From Blastocystis sp. Blastoise (lineage: Eukaryota > Protista > Bigyra: Opalinata), in NCBI GenBank assembly GCA_039096225.1, contig JBBPEB010000003.1, positions 1,054,001-1,118,000 on the forward strand: DNA of 64,000 nucleotides, in the 5' to 3' direction. The notes under the pieces were generated by a model. It had not been told where the DNA came from, made no database searches, and saw only the letters and a program-made list of their open reading frames with translations. The first letter of the stretch is position 1; each line of letters starts with the position of its first letter. The position numbers were made by a program, and so were the translations under genes. This document shows positions 1-13,593 of the stretch, piece by piece.

Positions 1-758
1 TATTATGCTGAATCAGAGATGAATGAATATAATAAGATTTCTTCTTCTTTAGATCGTAATAAATTATATTATTCCCGTGATTTGATTAATTCCTATAATA
101 AAAGAAGAAATAAGAATGAATTACCTAAATTATATAAATATATTGTTAATGAAGCTATATATACAAATGATTATTCAAAAGTAGAAATAAATAAAACAAA
201 AGATGAATATGAATTAGATGATATAATCAGAATTGAATATGATCGTATATATATTTTTGAATCCTATATTTATTATTATATATAGAGAAAACGAATGATA
301 AAAGATTCATGTAAATAATATATTATTTTTTATTATACATTTTATTCTGATACATTAAATAGTATTCATGAAGTATCTTCAGAATATGGTATATCTCAAT
401 TATTACTTCTTCCTTCCTATATGTGTACTTCAAGAATCATTTTAAATGAATGTAAGTATATATGTATATATTATAAACTATATAATTTATTTTAGATTTA
501 TATGATCAAATTGATCCTATGCTTTTTATGAAATTATTTGAAGAAGGTGTTTTTGATTCTTTAACTACATTAAGTATTAGAACGAGTATTTTCATTTTGA
601 ATTATTATTATAAGTATTATAATTCTGCATAGTTAAGGAATTAACAAATCAGATTGATTTGAATCTACTTAGTAAATTAATGACAACTCATGTATTTCCT
701 AATGTTACTGAACTAATATATGATGATAATGATGGTATATATATATATATAAATATAA

Positions 759-799
<41 letters not shown>

Positions 800-2869
800 A
801 TAGAACCTTTCCAATTATCTTTAATAAAGAAAGAATGCTTCCCAAAATTACATATTATCAATTACTTCACTTTAATAGGTAAATTTATATATTAAACAAT
901 AAACTATTATTCTTAATTTAGATCTTACCAATTTAGATTTCCTATTTCCTGTGAATTTAATATCTATGATTGATACTATTCGTATATATTGGATTGAATG
1001 TAATTATGATCAAAATGAGGAAATAGTTGATTATTTAGATACTTTAGTTTATACTCATTCAATTCATATTGATATAATCGATATAGATATGTGTATTATA
1101 TATATATATATATTTACATTATATAACTGTTAGTATAGTTCATTATTTTATATACTTTTCATATAGATTATTGGATTTATTATTTTACACATTTAAATGA
1201 ATTATTAGAGAAAAATCTGATTTGCTTGGATCATCTTTCAAGTATTAAATTTTTTATCATTCTTTAAATATTATTTTTTTTATACATTTTATATTATATT
1301 CGATATAGTTGATTCTTCTCGTTATGAAAATATCGAAAATTTATATTATATTGAAGATAATAATCAAAATATTGATAGTTTAGATTTAATATTTAGTGGT
1401 ATTTTTTAATATATATAATAAATATGTTGTTGGTATTTCATAATAATACTAATATTTATTCATTTATAGATAATTATTATGATGGTGAAACTAGTGTAGA
1501 ACGATCATTAGAAATATTCTTAAAGAGTGATGTATTAAAAAATTTGAATAAATTAACTATTTCATGTATTTTTTTTTGTTTTATTATATTATTGTACGTT
1601 GTATTAATATCTATAGTTAGATATAATTTACAATATTTAACATGGATATCAACTCTTTTTAATGATAATAAGTTTAATACTATTCATGAATTAGAAATTA
1701 GTTGTATGTTATGTTATAAAACAATATATATATATATATAGTAGAGTCTATCAAAGAAGATTCATCCTCTGAATATTTAACTGCATATGAAAATATATTA
1801 ACAAAATTAATTCCTAAAGCTTCTATTATTAGAATATATAGTAATTATTTATATATACAATTATTATGTATAATAATTATTTATTTTATTAATTTTAACT
1901 ATTATTCTTATTAGGTTGCTACATGACTTTTATAAATCGATTAATTCCTAAAGGTTTCTTTCATAATACAACTGAATTAATTCTAGGTATATATCTATTA
2001 AATGAGTATAATGCTATAATTATAATATATTACATTTCATCCTAATCCTTTTATAAATATTACTTTAGATATTAACGATATACCAGATGATAATTTTTGT
2101 AAACTATATACTACAGATAATTTCCCTCAATTAAAATATATCAAGTTTTGTATATTCATTAATAATAATAGTAATATTTTATATTACGAATCATTAATAT
2201 TTATAGATAAACATGATAAAAAATGGTGGATTTCTTTTATGAAAACAATTTATACATATATTAATAGTAACTTTCCACTAGCAAGTATTGTCCGATTAGG
2301 TAGTATGTCTTAAATAGAATAATTCTATTCATATTTATAATTTTTGTTATTCTACAGACTGGGAAGGTGATAATAATTATTATTATTCACTTTATGATCC
2401 AAATACTTCAATCTTTCGATGCAAATATGATAGTTATTCATTTATGAATACTATTATTGGTACAAAAAGTATGTTTATATATATATATTAAAGTAGTATA
2501 CTTTTATTTAGATGAAGTGATAAGTAAATATGAAATAGAAATGTTATTTAATTGTATAAATGAGAATAAAACTCAAAATATAAGAAGCTTAAATTTATGT
2601 ATATTAATAATTATATTTTTTATAAGAAATTTCTTTTTTATAGATATTTATGATGAGGAACAATTATCAAAACTTACTAAATGTATTACTACTGGAAAAT
2701 TTCCTAAATTGAAAGCATTGAATTTTTGTTTAGGTATGTATATAGTTATTGAAATTAATAATATTATATAGATGATGATATTTCATCTGAACAAGCTAAT
2801 ATCTGCAAACAACAATTAAAGGATTCGCCATTTATTCAGCAGAATCATGTCGATTATAAACTTTACTAA
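1..2869 (+). CDS. Multi-exon leucine-rich-repeat-like protein, 5' end outside window (19 exons seen)
   Basis: 18 GT-AG introns splice into one open frame. Repeated units include VFPNVTELIY, CFPKLHII, VLKNLNKLTI, NFPQLKYIKF, TQNIRSLNL and KFPKLKALNF. Ends QENHV-like QQNHVDYKLY-TAA at 2867-2869. Confidence 0.75.
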
Positions 2870-4447
2870 GAATATTTAATTCTTTTGAATATATGATTAT
2901 TTATAACTTATATTATAATTGTTTTATTTATTAATTTCTTGTCATGATTATTTTTCATTTATTAACGTTATATAAAGTATATATAATACTTTACTAATAT
3001 CTCTTCGTGCTTTATTGAAAATATTAACATAGTAGTGATTAAATAAAGTAAATTTCTTATAACATATATACATGCAATATATAATAGAATACTATTTAAG
3101 GTTTATTATGAATTTAATTTTATATTATTTATGAAATTTTAATTTCTTAAATATTTCTAGAGGTTTGCAATTATTAAAACAACAGCTTTAAGAATAGTTA
3201 AAAACTGTTTTAATTTGTTTGTATATATAATAAACTAAAGTTAATAACTTTCTAGATAAACATTTTAATTAATATAATAAGATAATAAATTGTATTTTAT
3301 TTTTTTTAGTAATATTTTGTATATAACATTTTTATTCTTAAATGCCTTTGATAAATGGTATAAAATAATTACAACATATTATGTACAGAGTATATTTTTC
3401 ATTTTTTATATATATAATAGTTTATAATAAAGTATTTTTATATTTATAATTAATTAAAAATACGATAAATCTAATCACAATTATATTATTATATATTGAC
3501 AACAAATACATTTTTTAAATCAACACATTGAGAGTAATAAAATATTTTGTGACTTATTATTTAAAATTATTATATTAAAACATTTTTAAACATAGAATAT
3601 AATTTGAGAATTATGGACTGAATATATTCTAATAACGTTAAATGTAATTATTCATGTATGTCTCTACTAACTTAATATATTTGTGAAACATATTAACAAT
3701 ATACACTCATATTATCAATAAAATCTTATTGAATAAAATATCAAAATAGTGTTATTCATCATACATATAATAATATATTATTTATTTGAATATGATGACT
3801 TATAAATTTTAATCAATTGTTTTATAAAAATTTGAAATAAAATAATATAAAATAGAAATGGAAGAATAAGAAGAAGGAGATAGGAAAATAAGGAGAGCTT
3901 TTTTTGTATCAATAGGTTCTAAAATAGATTCTATTTGAGTAATAGATGCACATTTCATAGATATGATATAAAAATAAACAATTATGTATTAAATTCAGTT
4001 AGAAATCAGGAATGATTAATAGAAAAATGTTACTTTTCATTTCTATATAAACACTAATTAGCACATTATAAGTATATATATGTACATTATAAATTAAAAT
4101 AGAAATGCATATGCTTAAAATAAGAGACTTATTAATCAAAAATGTAAATTATGCAAGAGATATAAATTCATTAGACATATTATTCAGCTTGTAGTATCAT
4201 CTATATTTCTTATTAATATTCAATTATCTATTTAGAATAATAAATGAAGTGAAGATCCACAAGGAATGTTTTATTTTTAAGAACTCTTAGCAGATCTTTG
4301 TAGATCCTATTGAGTATTAATTATTTAATATACTATTAATAATTCTATATGAATAAGAATAGAGTAACGAAGAAACAAAAGAATCACATTCATGTAAAAA
4401 TAAACAGGGGAAACAGCTCAGTCAATTTAATTAGCATTATTTCGTTA

Positions 4448-5974
4448 ATGGTGAAAGAAAAGGTGTTATTTGATATTGATAAATTCAATAGATTGAATGA
4501 GGATGTCAATATATATGAAGAATTAATGAAAGATGTAGTTAGTGTATTTGGATCAGTAATGAATCTTGGTATACATTCTGGAATGTCAATTAATAGACTT
4601 ATAAAACATATTGGAGATGATTGTATTGAAAAAGAAGGCGAAAGTAATGAATTTGAAAAGAAATGTGTTTATGAAAAGAAGAATAATGAGAATATGAAGA
4701 TGGATATGGATAACAATAATGATAATGATATGGATTTGATTCGATTTACCAATAATGGTCCTGTATTTCAAATGTCGAAATCTGTTTTAGATTCTTTGAA
4801 AGGTTCTTTTATTGAAGAACAGCGTGATGAAGAATTCAGAGCAAATGATGGATCTATATATCTTGATTATCCTGGAAATGATGCCGCTGTTTATTATTTA
4901 GTTAATTATTTGAATGGAAAGAAAGTCTATTTTGATTCTTTTTTTTATGAAGAACAATTAGGAATATTGAATTTATTTGAATTTTGTGGATTAATAATTC
5001 CTATAGAATTAATAGATTGTAGAGATCGAAGAGATACTAAGAAGAAGAAATATAAAGAAGGAGATGAAATAAAATTGATTATTAATGGAAATAAGAATGA
5101 TATTATTAAAAAATATTTAATAAAGAATGAATTATGGAATGAATATATTAAGAATTATGATAATGGATTTGTAGATTATAATCATATAGATGATAGTTTA
5201 TATGTGAATAAACAATATAATTATATTGAATATATTACTCAATATGTGAATAATGGAACTATAGATATAGAAGAAGATAAGATTATTGATATTAATAAGG
5301 AATTATTCGAGAAAGAAATGATTGAATTATTTGGTGATAAAGGAAAAGAAGAAGCGAAAGAGGCAATGATTCCAGGATGGTTCAAGCACTCAACTATTAT
5401 TGATAAAGAACTTGAGAGATCATTAGTGAATTGGCTTGGTAAAGAAAAGAGATGAAAATTATTATTTAGGTATATCTATTTTATTATATTATATTGTTAT
5501 ATATATAGAGCAAGTGAACATGAATATAAATCAAGCGAATTCCATAAATACTGTGATAATAAAGGAGAAACAGTAACTATAATTAAACATAAAGGCCATA
5601 ATAATCATATGAATATATTTGGAGGATATACAGATCAAAATTGGGAATTAGATTCAGGTTGGAAATCTTATTCAAAAGAATTTCTATTTACATTAAGTAA
5701 TGAACATAATATTCCTCCTACTAAATATGATTATACTAATAGTGACAGAAGTTATGGTATGCGTTCCTTATCTAGTTGGGGTCCAATATTTGGTGCAAAT
5801 CATGATATTTATATATCAGATCAATGTCATTCTAATACTAATTCAGGCTGCTATGATGGTTCTTATTCCAATACTCGTACTCCTCAAAAGTATTCATTAT
5901 TTGTGAATACGAATAACTCTAATTCTAACAATAATTTTATTGTAGAAGATTATGAAGTATGGGGAAGAGCTTAA
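4448..5974 (+). pseudogene. BTB/POZ-like (x2) + TLDc protein with in-frame TGA (nonsense allele, pseudogene or readthrough)
   Basis: ATG 4448 (MVKEK) matches paralog MVKEN. KCTD-like segment DGSIYLDYPGND..YYLVNYLNG. TGA at 5453-5455 in LGKEKR*KLLFR. Intron 5470-5508. Intact TLDc exon: RASEH..FHKYCDNKGETVTII..IFGGYT..FLFTL..GPIFG..FIVEDYEVWG. Confidence 0.8.
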
Positions 5975-6635
5975 ATATTTTTATATATTCTGATTATTAT
6001 AATTTATTATATGTTTTTTTTATATTAATGTTTTTATTTATATATATGTTTTTCATAATTTATTTATCTTTGCTTTTTTATATTTTTTTTAAATGTCAAA
6101 ACTTATCTATTAACTATTTTAGTTTTTTTCTATTATAAACAAAGACACTTAGAAAAGCAATATATATTATAATAAGAATTGGTAACTTTTTTATATATTG
6201 CAATTTCATATATAATACATATAGCTTTTAATATATATAAATCAAAAAAAAAATATTCAATATATTATTTTTTAAATAAACTAAACAATTATATAAAAAA
6301 TAAATCTTCAATAACAAAAACAATATATAAACAAAAATAATCGAATTTCTTTATAGTTCTTAAGTTTCTGTTTATTCGCTGATAGAATTATATGAAGACA
6401 GAGAGGTGGTGGCAGACTGAGATCAAATAATAGAATCATGAATAAAGTTCTATCTAGAAGTAATAGTGGTGATATACAACTAGATATAGAAAAATAAGAA
6501 ACATAAAGAATTTAATTATATTTTGAATATAAAAAGAAGAAGTTATTGAATGAATAAAGTTGAATTTTTTTGAGTTTTAGATAATATTTTTTTTATTTAA
6601 TTTTTATTATTATATAATGAAGAATTGAATTAAAT

Positions 6636-8730
6636 TTAATTTAATTCATCTTCTTCAGAAAAAGAAGGAGAAGAAGGACGAGAAGGAGAACGAGAAGGAG
6701 AACGAGAAGGAGAACGAGAAGGAGAAGAAGAAGAAGAAGAAGAAGAAGAAGGAAAAGGAAAAGGAGAAGGAGAAGGAGAACGAACAGGAGATATATATGT
6801 TGAAGAAATGGAAGGAAGATGATAAGAAGTTGGATTAGAAGGATAAGGAAAAGGTAAAGAATTATTCATATAAGAATGATAATAAAAAGAAGAAGAATTA
6901 TTATTAGATTGAGAAGAATTATTTGAAGTACTAATAGTGTTATTATTATTATAATAAGAACCTAATATAGAAGGATATGGTGATATAGAATTATTAGGTA
7001 GTGAGAAAGGAACATGAAAAGAATCATCATATATATCTATCATATTAGGAGAGAAGAAATTATTATTTGTTTCATGTTTAAAATTATCTATAGAATATTT
7101 ATCATTCATTTTTATAGAGGAACCTTTATTCTTGTTAGAATTCTTCACATCCTTATTTTTATCTATATCTATATCACTATCATTATCAATATCAATATCT
7201 TTATCTATATCTATATCTTTGTTTTTATCTATATAATTATAAATATCTATATCTTTATCTATATCTATATCTATATTCTTACCTCTATACTTACCTTTAT
7301 ACTTACTTATATCAAGCCTCCATTCATTTTGATCATCATTATTATTTCTAGTAGACCTATATATATTCATATTCTTTTTGTTTTTGGAACTTCTATTAGA
7401 AAAAGAATCATAATTATAAAAGTAAGTACTACTTTTAAAAATGTTTTTTTCATCATAAAAACAACCAAACTCAGTTTCAGGGTATTTCTTTTTGATTTGA
7501 TTTTCATCATCTAATTCCATAGATCTTTTGATAGGAAGAAATTCTTGAGGACCAACTGAATTAACAATTCCAGTCTTTCGCGAATATTTGGTTCTACTCA
7601 GGATACCCTCTTTTTGCTTCCCTGGATTTGTACAACCATTTGGAAATGTGATTCCTTTTCCAAATATATTTGAAGGAATCACATTATGCGGATTTACTGG
7701 TTTTACAAATTTTCCATTCTTTTGGAGCAGATCGTTTGTAGCAGCAGACCTATCTAAAAAAGAATCAGGAGTGAATCCAGAGAAGGAATGGTGAATTCCT
7801 TCTCCATCATCAACTCGAGATTCTTTCTCAGGAAGACTATCACGATTAGAATAATTGTCAAGATTTCCATCACCATTCTTATAGCTTTTAATTTTGAGTA
7901 ACCGATCATTAGAAGCAGAAAAAGGATCCTTTTTACCAAAAGTTCTTTCTCTTTTTTGTAAAGGAACAATCACTTTTTTTGTAACCAAAGGTTTGATTCT
8001 AAAAGGAGAGATGAATTTCTTTACGTATTTGGCAACTGAAGGAAGTCTAAAGAATGAACAAGACGAAGAAGCAGGAGGTTCAGAAGTAGAAATTGAAACA
8101 GAATTGGAAATTGAGTTAGTAGCCGGATCAATTATAGAAGTGGAAGAAGGAATAGCAGGTTCAGTAGTAGTAGAAGAAGAAGGAAGAATAGTAGGTTCAA
8201 TAGTAGAGGAAAAAGAAGAAGGAAGAGTCGTATCAGTAACATCATGAATAGGAGAAGGAATAGTAGTATCAGTAACAGTAGGAACAGTAGTATCAGTAGT
8301 AGGAATAGAAGAAGGAATAGTAGGTTCTGTAGTAGTAGAAGTGGTATTGACAACAGTAGAAGACAAATTGGTTTCAGCATTTTCTTCTTTCATCAAATCA
8401 TCTTCAGGAATAGCATCACCTATATATAATATATATTTTAAATAATATGAGTTAATAAAATACAAAAAATATTTAAAAATAACATATAAAAACAATAAAA
8501 ACAACAATTTGAAAAAAACAGCCTTCGCTTAAATTACAAATAATTGCTTAATCAAATAGATAATATATAGAAACAAATAATTATGGAAAATAAAACAATG
8601 TAGATAAATATATACTTGGAATGACAGGAGAATTCTCTTTACGTTTCGAAGAAGACTTCAGGAAACGTAGGTAGTAAGGGTAGGCAACGTAAACGGCGTC
8701 AAAGGCTATAGCTAGAAGAGTAGAAAACAT
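6636..8730 (-). CDS. Low-complexity orphan protein (hydrophobic N-terminus, Thr/Pro/Ser-rich region, DIDK repeats, SPSR tail)
   Basis: ATG 8730 MFSTLLAIAFDAVYVAYPYYL. A phase-1 intron 8615-8420 joins it to the long ORF ending TAA at 6636. Confidence 0.65.
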
Positions 8731-8816
8731 TTTTGTTTTGTTAAAAGAACAAAAAAAGATTAAAAGGTGAAAGAAGGGTAAAAGAGAGCTTAAAAAAGTT
8801 GAATTGATTAGAATGA

Positions 8817-9559
8817 TGACAGAGTCGTTTTTATCCAATAGTTTATGTTTTTTCATCTGTTAACGATGACAATCTGTGTTTCAGTCTTTGTCATTCATAA
8901 AAATGTTTTCAAATATTCATGAGAAATGAAAGGTAGACTAGTCATTTTTTCGATTTTTCACTTATTTTTGGTTTATCATAGAAGTAAGAAATTCTTACTA
9001 TTCGACCTGTCCTTCGTGACAAACCTATAGTCAGACAAAATAACCAATAGTTGTGTTTGTTTAGGATGGAGTTGGTTTTATAATCAATTGTCTTTGTCCT
9101 TCTCTAGGAGAGTTGTCCTGAATGTTTTAAATGGTTTCTATATTATGAAATAATAAAATAAGAATTAATTATATGATGATAAGAGAATCGATGACTGACA
9201 AAAACAAGAATGTGTAAAGACAACTTTATGAAAATTTTATTTTAGAGAGTTGAGAGAGTGAAGAATGTGATGACAATCGTTTTGAGCTATTTAAAACATA
9301 AGGAAAAAGTGACTTGTCAAGATTCCCTCCATTTGGGTCGATTTTATTTTTTTATAAAAAGAATATTTAAGCATTATAAGTTAATTTATAGGTATTCAAT
9401 AATCATTAAATGATATTGAAAGCAATAAATGAATCAAAAAATATATTTTAATTGTAGATTCGTAAATAATTTCTTTAATTTCTTTTATTATATAGGTTTT
9501 TTAATATGAATACGATGATCTGGATGCACTGTCTTGTTCACATCCAGAAATAGATGACA
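8817..9559. promoter_or_regulatory. Cluster of TGACA/TGTCA motifs upstream of the orphan gene
   Basis: Full 5-mers at 8817, 8867, 8889, 9017, 9196, 9271, 9315 and 9555. GATGACAATC occurs twice (8865, 9269). Confidence 0.35.
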
Positions 9560-11998
9560 AAAAGCAGAAAAGGAATGGTTGATGTTCGAAAACTTATGGT
9601 GCAAAATACTCTTTATGATGTGTTCAGAGTGTTCTAGGTATATAGATTATTTCATAATTATGTTTCTAAAGAAAAAAAAGATGAAAAGGTTTGTTAAGGC
9701 TTGATTGACTCAAGTTCAGTTTCAAATGTGATAGAATATGAATATATTAGATAGAGATGTGAATAAATATTGAAATAAGTATATTTTAGGTATTTAAAAT
9801 AATTATTATTTCTTTTCTCTAGGTTCTAATGGATAAATGAATATATATAGGTGAGCAAATAGATGAATATTCTTCAACTCAAGAATTCTTTGCTATTTTT
9901 TATTATTGAAAAATATTTATTTTTTATTGAAAAGAATGGTATGAAGTTATATATAGTATATATGTTTTTATTGAGTTTATTAAATTTTTTATATTATTCT
10001 AATGTTTAGTATATATCCTTCTACTTGTTTTATTATATAAAAATGTATATATTTTTTTATGTGGATTATTAGTCTTACGAATGAGGATGATATTGTTATT
10101 TAATTACTATTATGTTTATGTATGTTATATATACTACATTATTCCATTTATATAAAACTTTTATATTGAACATAATAATAATGTTAGATAAAAGAGTAGT
10201 TTATAGTATGCTTTTATTTAAATAAAATTAAATGTTTATTCCAGTTTTATTGTTAGATATTCTATTGAATATTCTTTGATATCAAATAGATTATTATATA
10301 TATAAATAACAAAAAAACATCATCTAATAATATATAACAATTTATTGCTTTTATTAGTAACTAGTATTGCAATTTGTATAGAATAAAGTATAACTTTATA
10401 AATACTTTTATTAGCAAGAAGAGTATATATAAAGAATATTCAACATAAAAACAAAAATAACCATTACGAATACATTAATATATAAACATATCTAATAATA
10501 ATAGTTGATAGTACTATATCTCTATATAAGAGAGATATTATTAGTAAGATATATAATAAATAGAGAGATATAAATATTTATATATAACAAGAAAAATTTA
10601 TTATGTATAAGAATGAATATAGGAATAATAATAATCAAATAGATATATACATTTTTATCAATGATTATTATTAAAATTATAAACAACGAAATAAATCACG
10701 AATTCATTTTCTATTTCTTTTCATACTATAGAGATCATGTAATAGAATATATAGATATTTATTTATTCTATATATACCTTATCTTCTTCAATACTATCAA
10801 ACTAAATACAAAGAATATCTTCTTATTTCCCAATTGAGTCATTCTACATATCCAATACTATTTGAATCTGAGGATACTCAAGGGAATAAGTATTATTACT
10901 TCAAATGATAATTATATATTTTCTATTTTTCATGTTTTTCATTTTCATCAATATCTATATATATAAAATTCTAATAAAATCCATTTAATAATAAAAAATG
11001 TTTAATAATTATATACTTATTCATCTTATGAATGTTTATATATATTATAATAAGTGATTCTTAATAGTTATTCTTAATCTGCATTATTTACTTTAAATCA
11101 TTCAAGAGAGTTTTATTCTAGGGATAAGAAGAGTCTATATATATTCTTTTAATAAAATAACTCATAAGAATTGGAGGGAAATATGAAATTTATTATTTCA
11201 AGATAAAATAGATATAATTATATATAGAATCATACCTTCTAAAATATATAAAAATACTCTTCTTTGTTAGAATACGGAATAAAGAATAATGTATTTGATC
11301 TTCTTTTATTGTTGATATTTAAAGAACTCCATATACATTTACTAATCATTATATGAATATAAATACATTTAATAATATATATTCTTCTCAAATAAAAGAA
11401 TAAGAAACCATTAAATACTTTCGTTGACTTTCATAACTTCATCTTATGCAATCTATATTAATCATATAACTATATCTAAACATACATCATAAAAAGACAG
11501 AAAACTGTCATGAAAATCATCTTAATAATATGAAAAGATATTCAAATGGTTGCTACAAGTGTCCTTATCCTTCAGATAATTCCAGATATTCTCATATTTG
11601 AAAACACTAATTGTGGAAGATTTCTTCAAATGACAAGAAATATTATGCTTTTTAGATTTTTAAGACATCAGAGATACTCTAGAATATGTGAAATTAATAT
11701 ATTTAACAAAAATAATGATATACTTTGTTTTCTAGCAATCAATCACATTTTCCTTTATTATTACCAGCATTCTTATTATTTTGATATTTGAATTATCTTT
11801 ATTCATCGAATACATAGTGAACTTAATAAAATATAATTTATAAGAATGACACGATACTATAGAAACAACAAAAAACGAAGAATTCGAATCACTTTCAATA
11901 AACATGAACTTTTCGATTATTTCACTATGATTTCAAATTATATCTTTGGGAAAAAACAGAATCCTTTTTTATTATTTTTCTTCGTTTGGTGTTGGATA

Positions 11999-13593
11999 AT
12001 GGTGAAGGAAAATATGAAATTTGATGCTAGTAAGATAGGTGATATTCAGAAGGATGTGATCCATTTTGAAAGACTGATTGGTGATTTGATTGGTATTTTA
12101 AGTAAGTCAATAAGTTTCTGTATTCATTCTGGTGAGTCTATAAATGAATTAGTGAATCGATTAACAAGCAATTATGGAGGAATGAATTATAAGAATGGTG
12201 ATGATCCAAGTATAATTATCCAAGAATCTTCATATGTTGATGAAACTGATGCTACTATGAGTAATAATGATAATGGAATTGATTATATTCAATTTAAAAG
12301 CGACGGTCCTCTTTATTCTCTTCCTAAACGAATAACAAATAGTTTAGTAGGTAGTTATTTATATGAATGTTCTCAAGAAAAGCGAACTATTTATGGTGAT
12401 ATATATTTAGATTATTGTGGTGATGAAACAGTAGCTCCGTTATTAATTGATTCTTTAATGAATAGGAAAGTGAATATTAATAAGTTAAAAATAGGTGATC
12501 AAATTGATTTATTAAATTTATTTGAGTATTGTGAATTACCTATTCCTGAAGAATTAACATTAATATATAATTATAGAGATCATATAATGAAGCGATACGA
12601 AGAAGGTAATATTATTACTGCATATATTAATAAAAGTGAAGATAAACTGATTAGTAAATATATAAGTATGAATAATAATGGTTATTATTGTTGTAATTCT
12701 TATGCATATGGGTATGTAGATCGTGATATTGACACTAATAAATTATGGATAAAATTTAATTTTAAATATATTAAATATATATATGAATATATTAGCAATA
12801 ATTGTATATGTATACCTACTGAAGAAATAAATACTATCGATAGATCTTTATTAGAGAATGAAATGTATACTGTATTTGGTGAGAAAGGAAGAGAAGCTGT
12901 TAAAGACGGCTGGGGTGTTAATACTCATTTCCCACATTCATATATAGTTAATAAAAATACTGAAATTAATTTAATGAACTGGTTTGGTAGTTATAATGGA
13001 GAATGGAAATTACTATTTAGGTATATATATTATTTATTATTATACTTATTATATAGAGCAAGTGAACATCGTTATTCTGCAAAAGAATTTCATAAATATT
13101 GTGACAATAAAAGAGAAACAGTGACTATAATCAAACATAAAGGTCATGATAATCATATTAATATATTTGGAGGATTTGCATATAGTATATATAGATAATT
13201 ATTTTATTTCTATTTCGTTTATATTTATATGTATTATAATAATTAGTAGATAATGGATGTAGATACAATAATAGACAATATTTGTTTACATTAAGTAATG
13301 AACATGATATTCCTCCTACTAAATATAATCGCATAGAAAGATATGGCGAGAGATACAACGACTACAATTATAATTATAACTATAATTATGATTCTAATAC
13401 TGGTCCTCCGTTGGGAGAGAATGATATTTATATATCAGATGATTGTCATAATAATACAAATTCTTATTGCTATGCGAGTAATTATGAACAATCAGAAACA
13501 ACTCAAAAGTGTTCATTATTTGTAAATACTGATACTTTATACAATAAAAATCATTTTAAAGTAGAAGAATATGAAGTTTGGGGAAGAGGTTAA
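11999..13593 (+). CDS. BTB/POZ-like (x2) + TLDc protein, paralog of 4448-5974
   Basis: MVKEN start. Motifs YGDIYLDYCGD; WKLLFR|ASEHRYSAKEFHKYCDNKRETVTII; LFTLSNEHDIPPTKY; FKVEEYEVWGRG. Introns 13021-13056 and 13185-13246. Confidence 0.85.

Noticed and set aside
4349-4447. Upstream ATG extensions of the TLDc ORFs (also 11846-11998)
   Set aside because: Paralog similarity begins at MVKE; the extensions are not clearly alignable. Not strictly excluded.
7014-8429. Plus-strand ORFs overlapping the orphan gene
   Set aside because: Antisense shadows of low-complexity coding sequence.
10770-10895. Possible LRR-gene relic (IFLFPN*VILHI)
   Set aside because: One short motif with a stop; too weak without an alignment.
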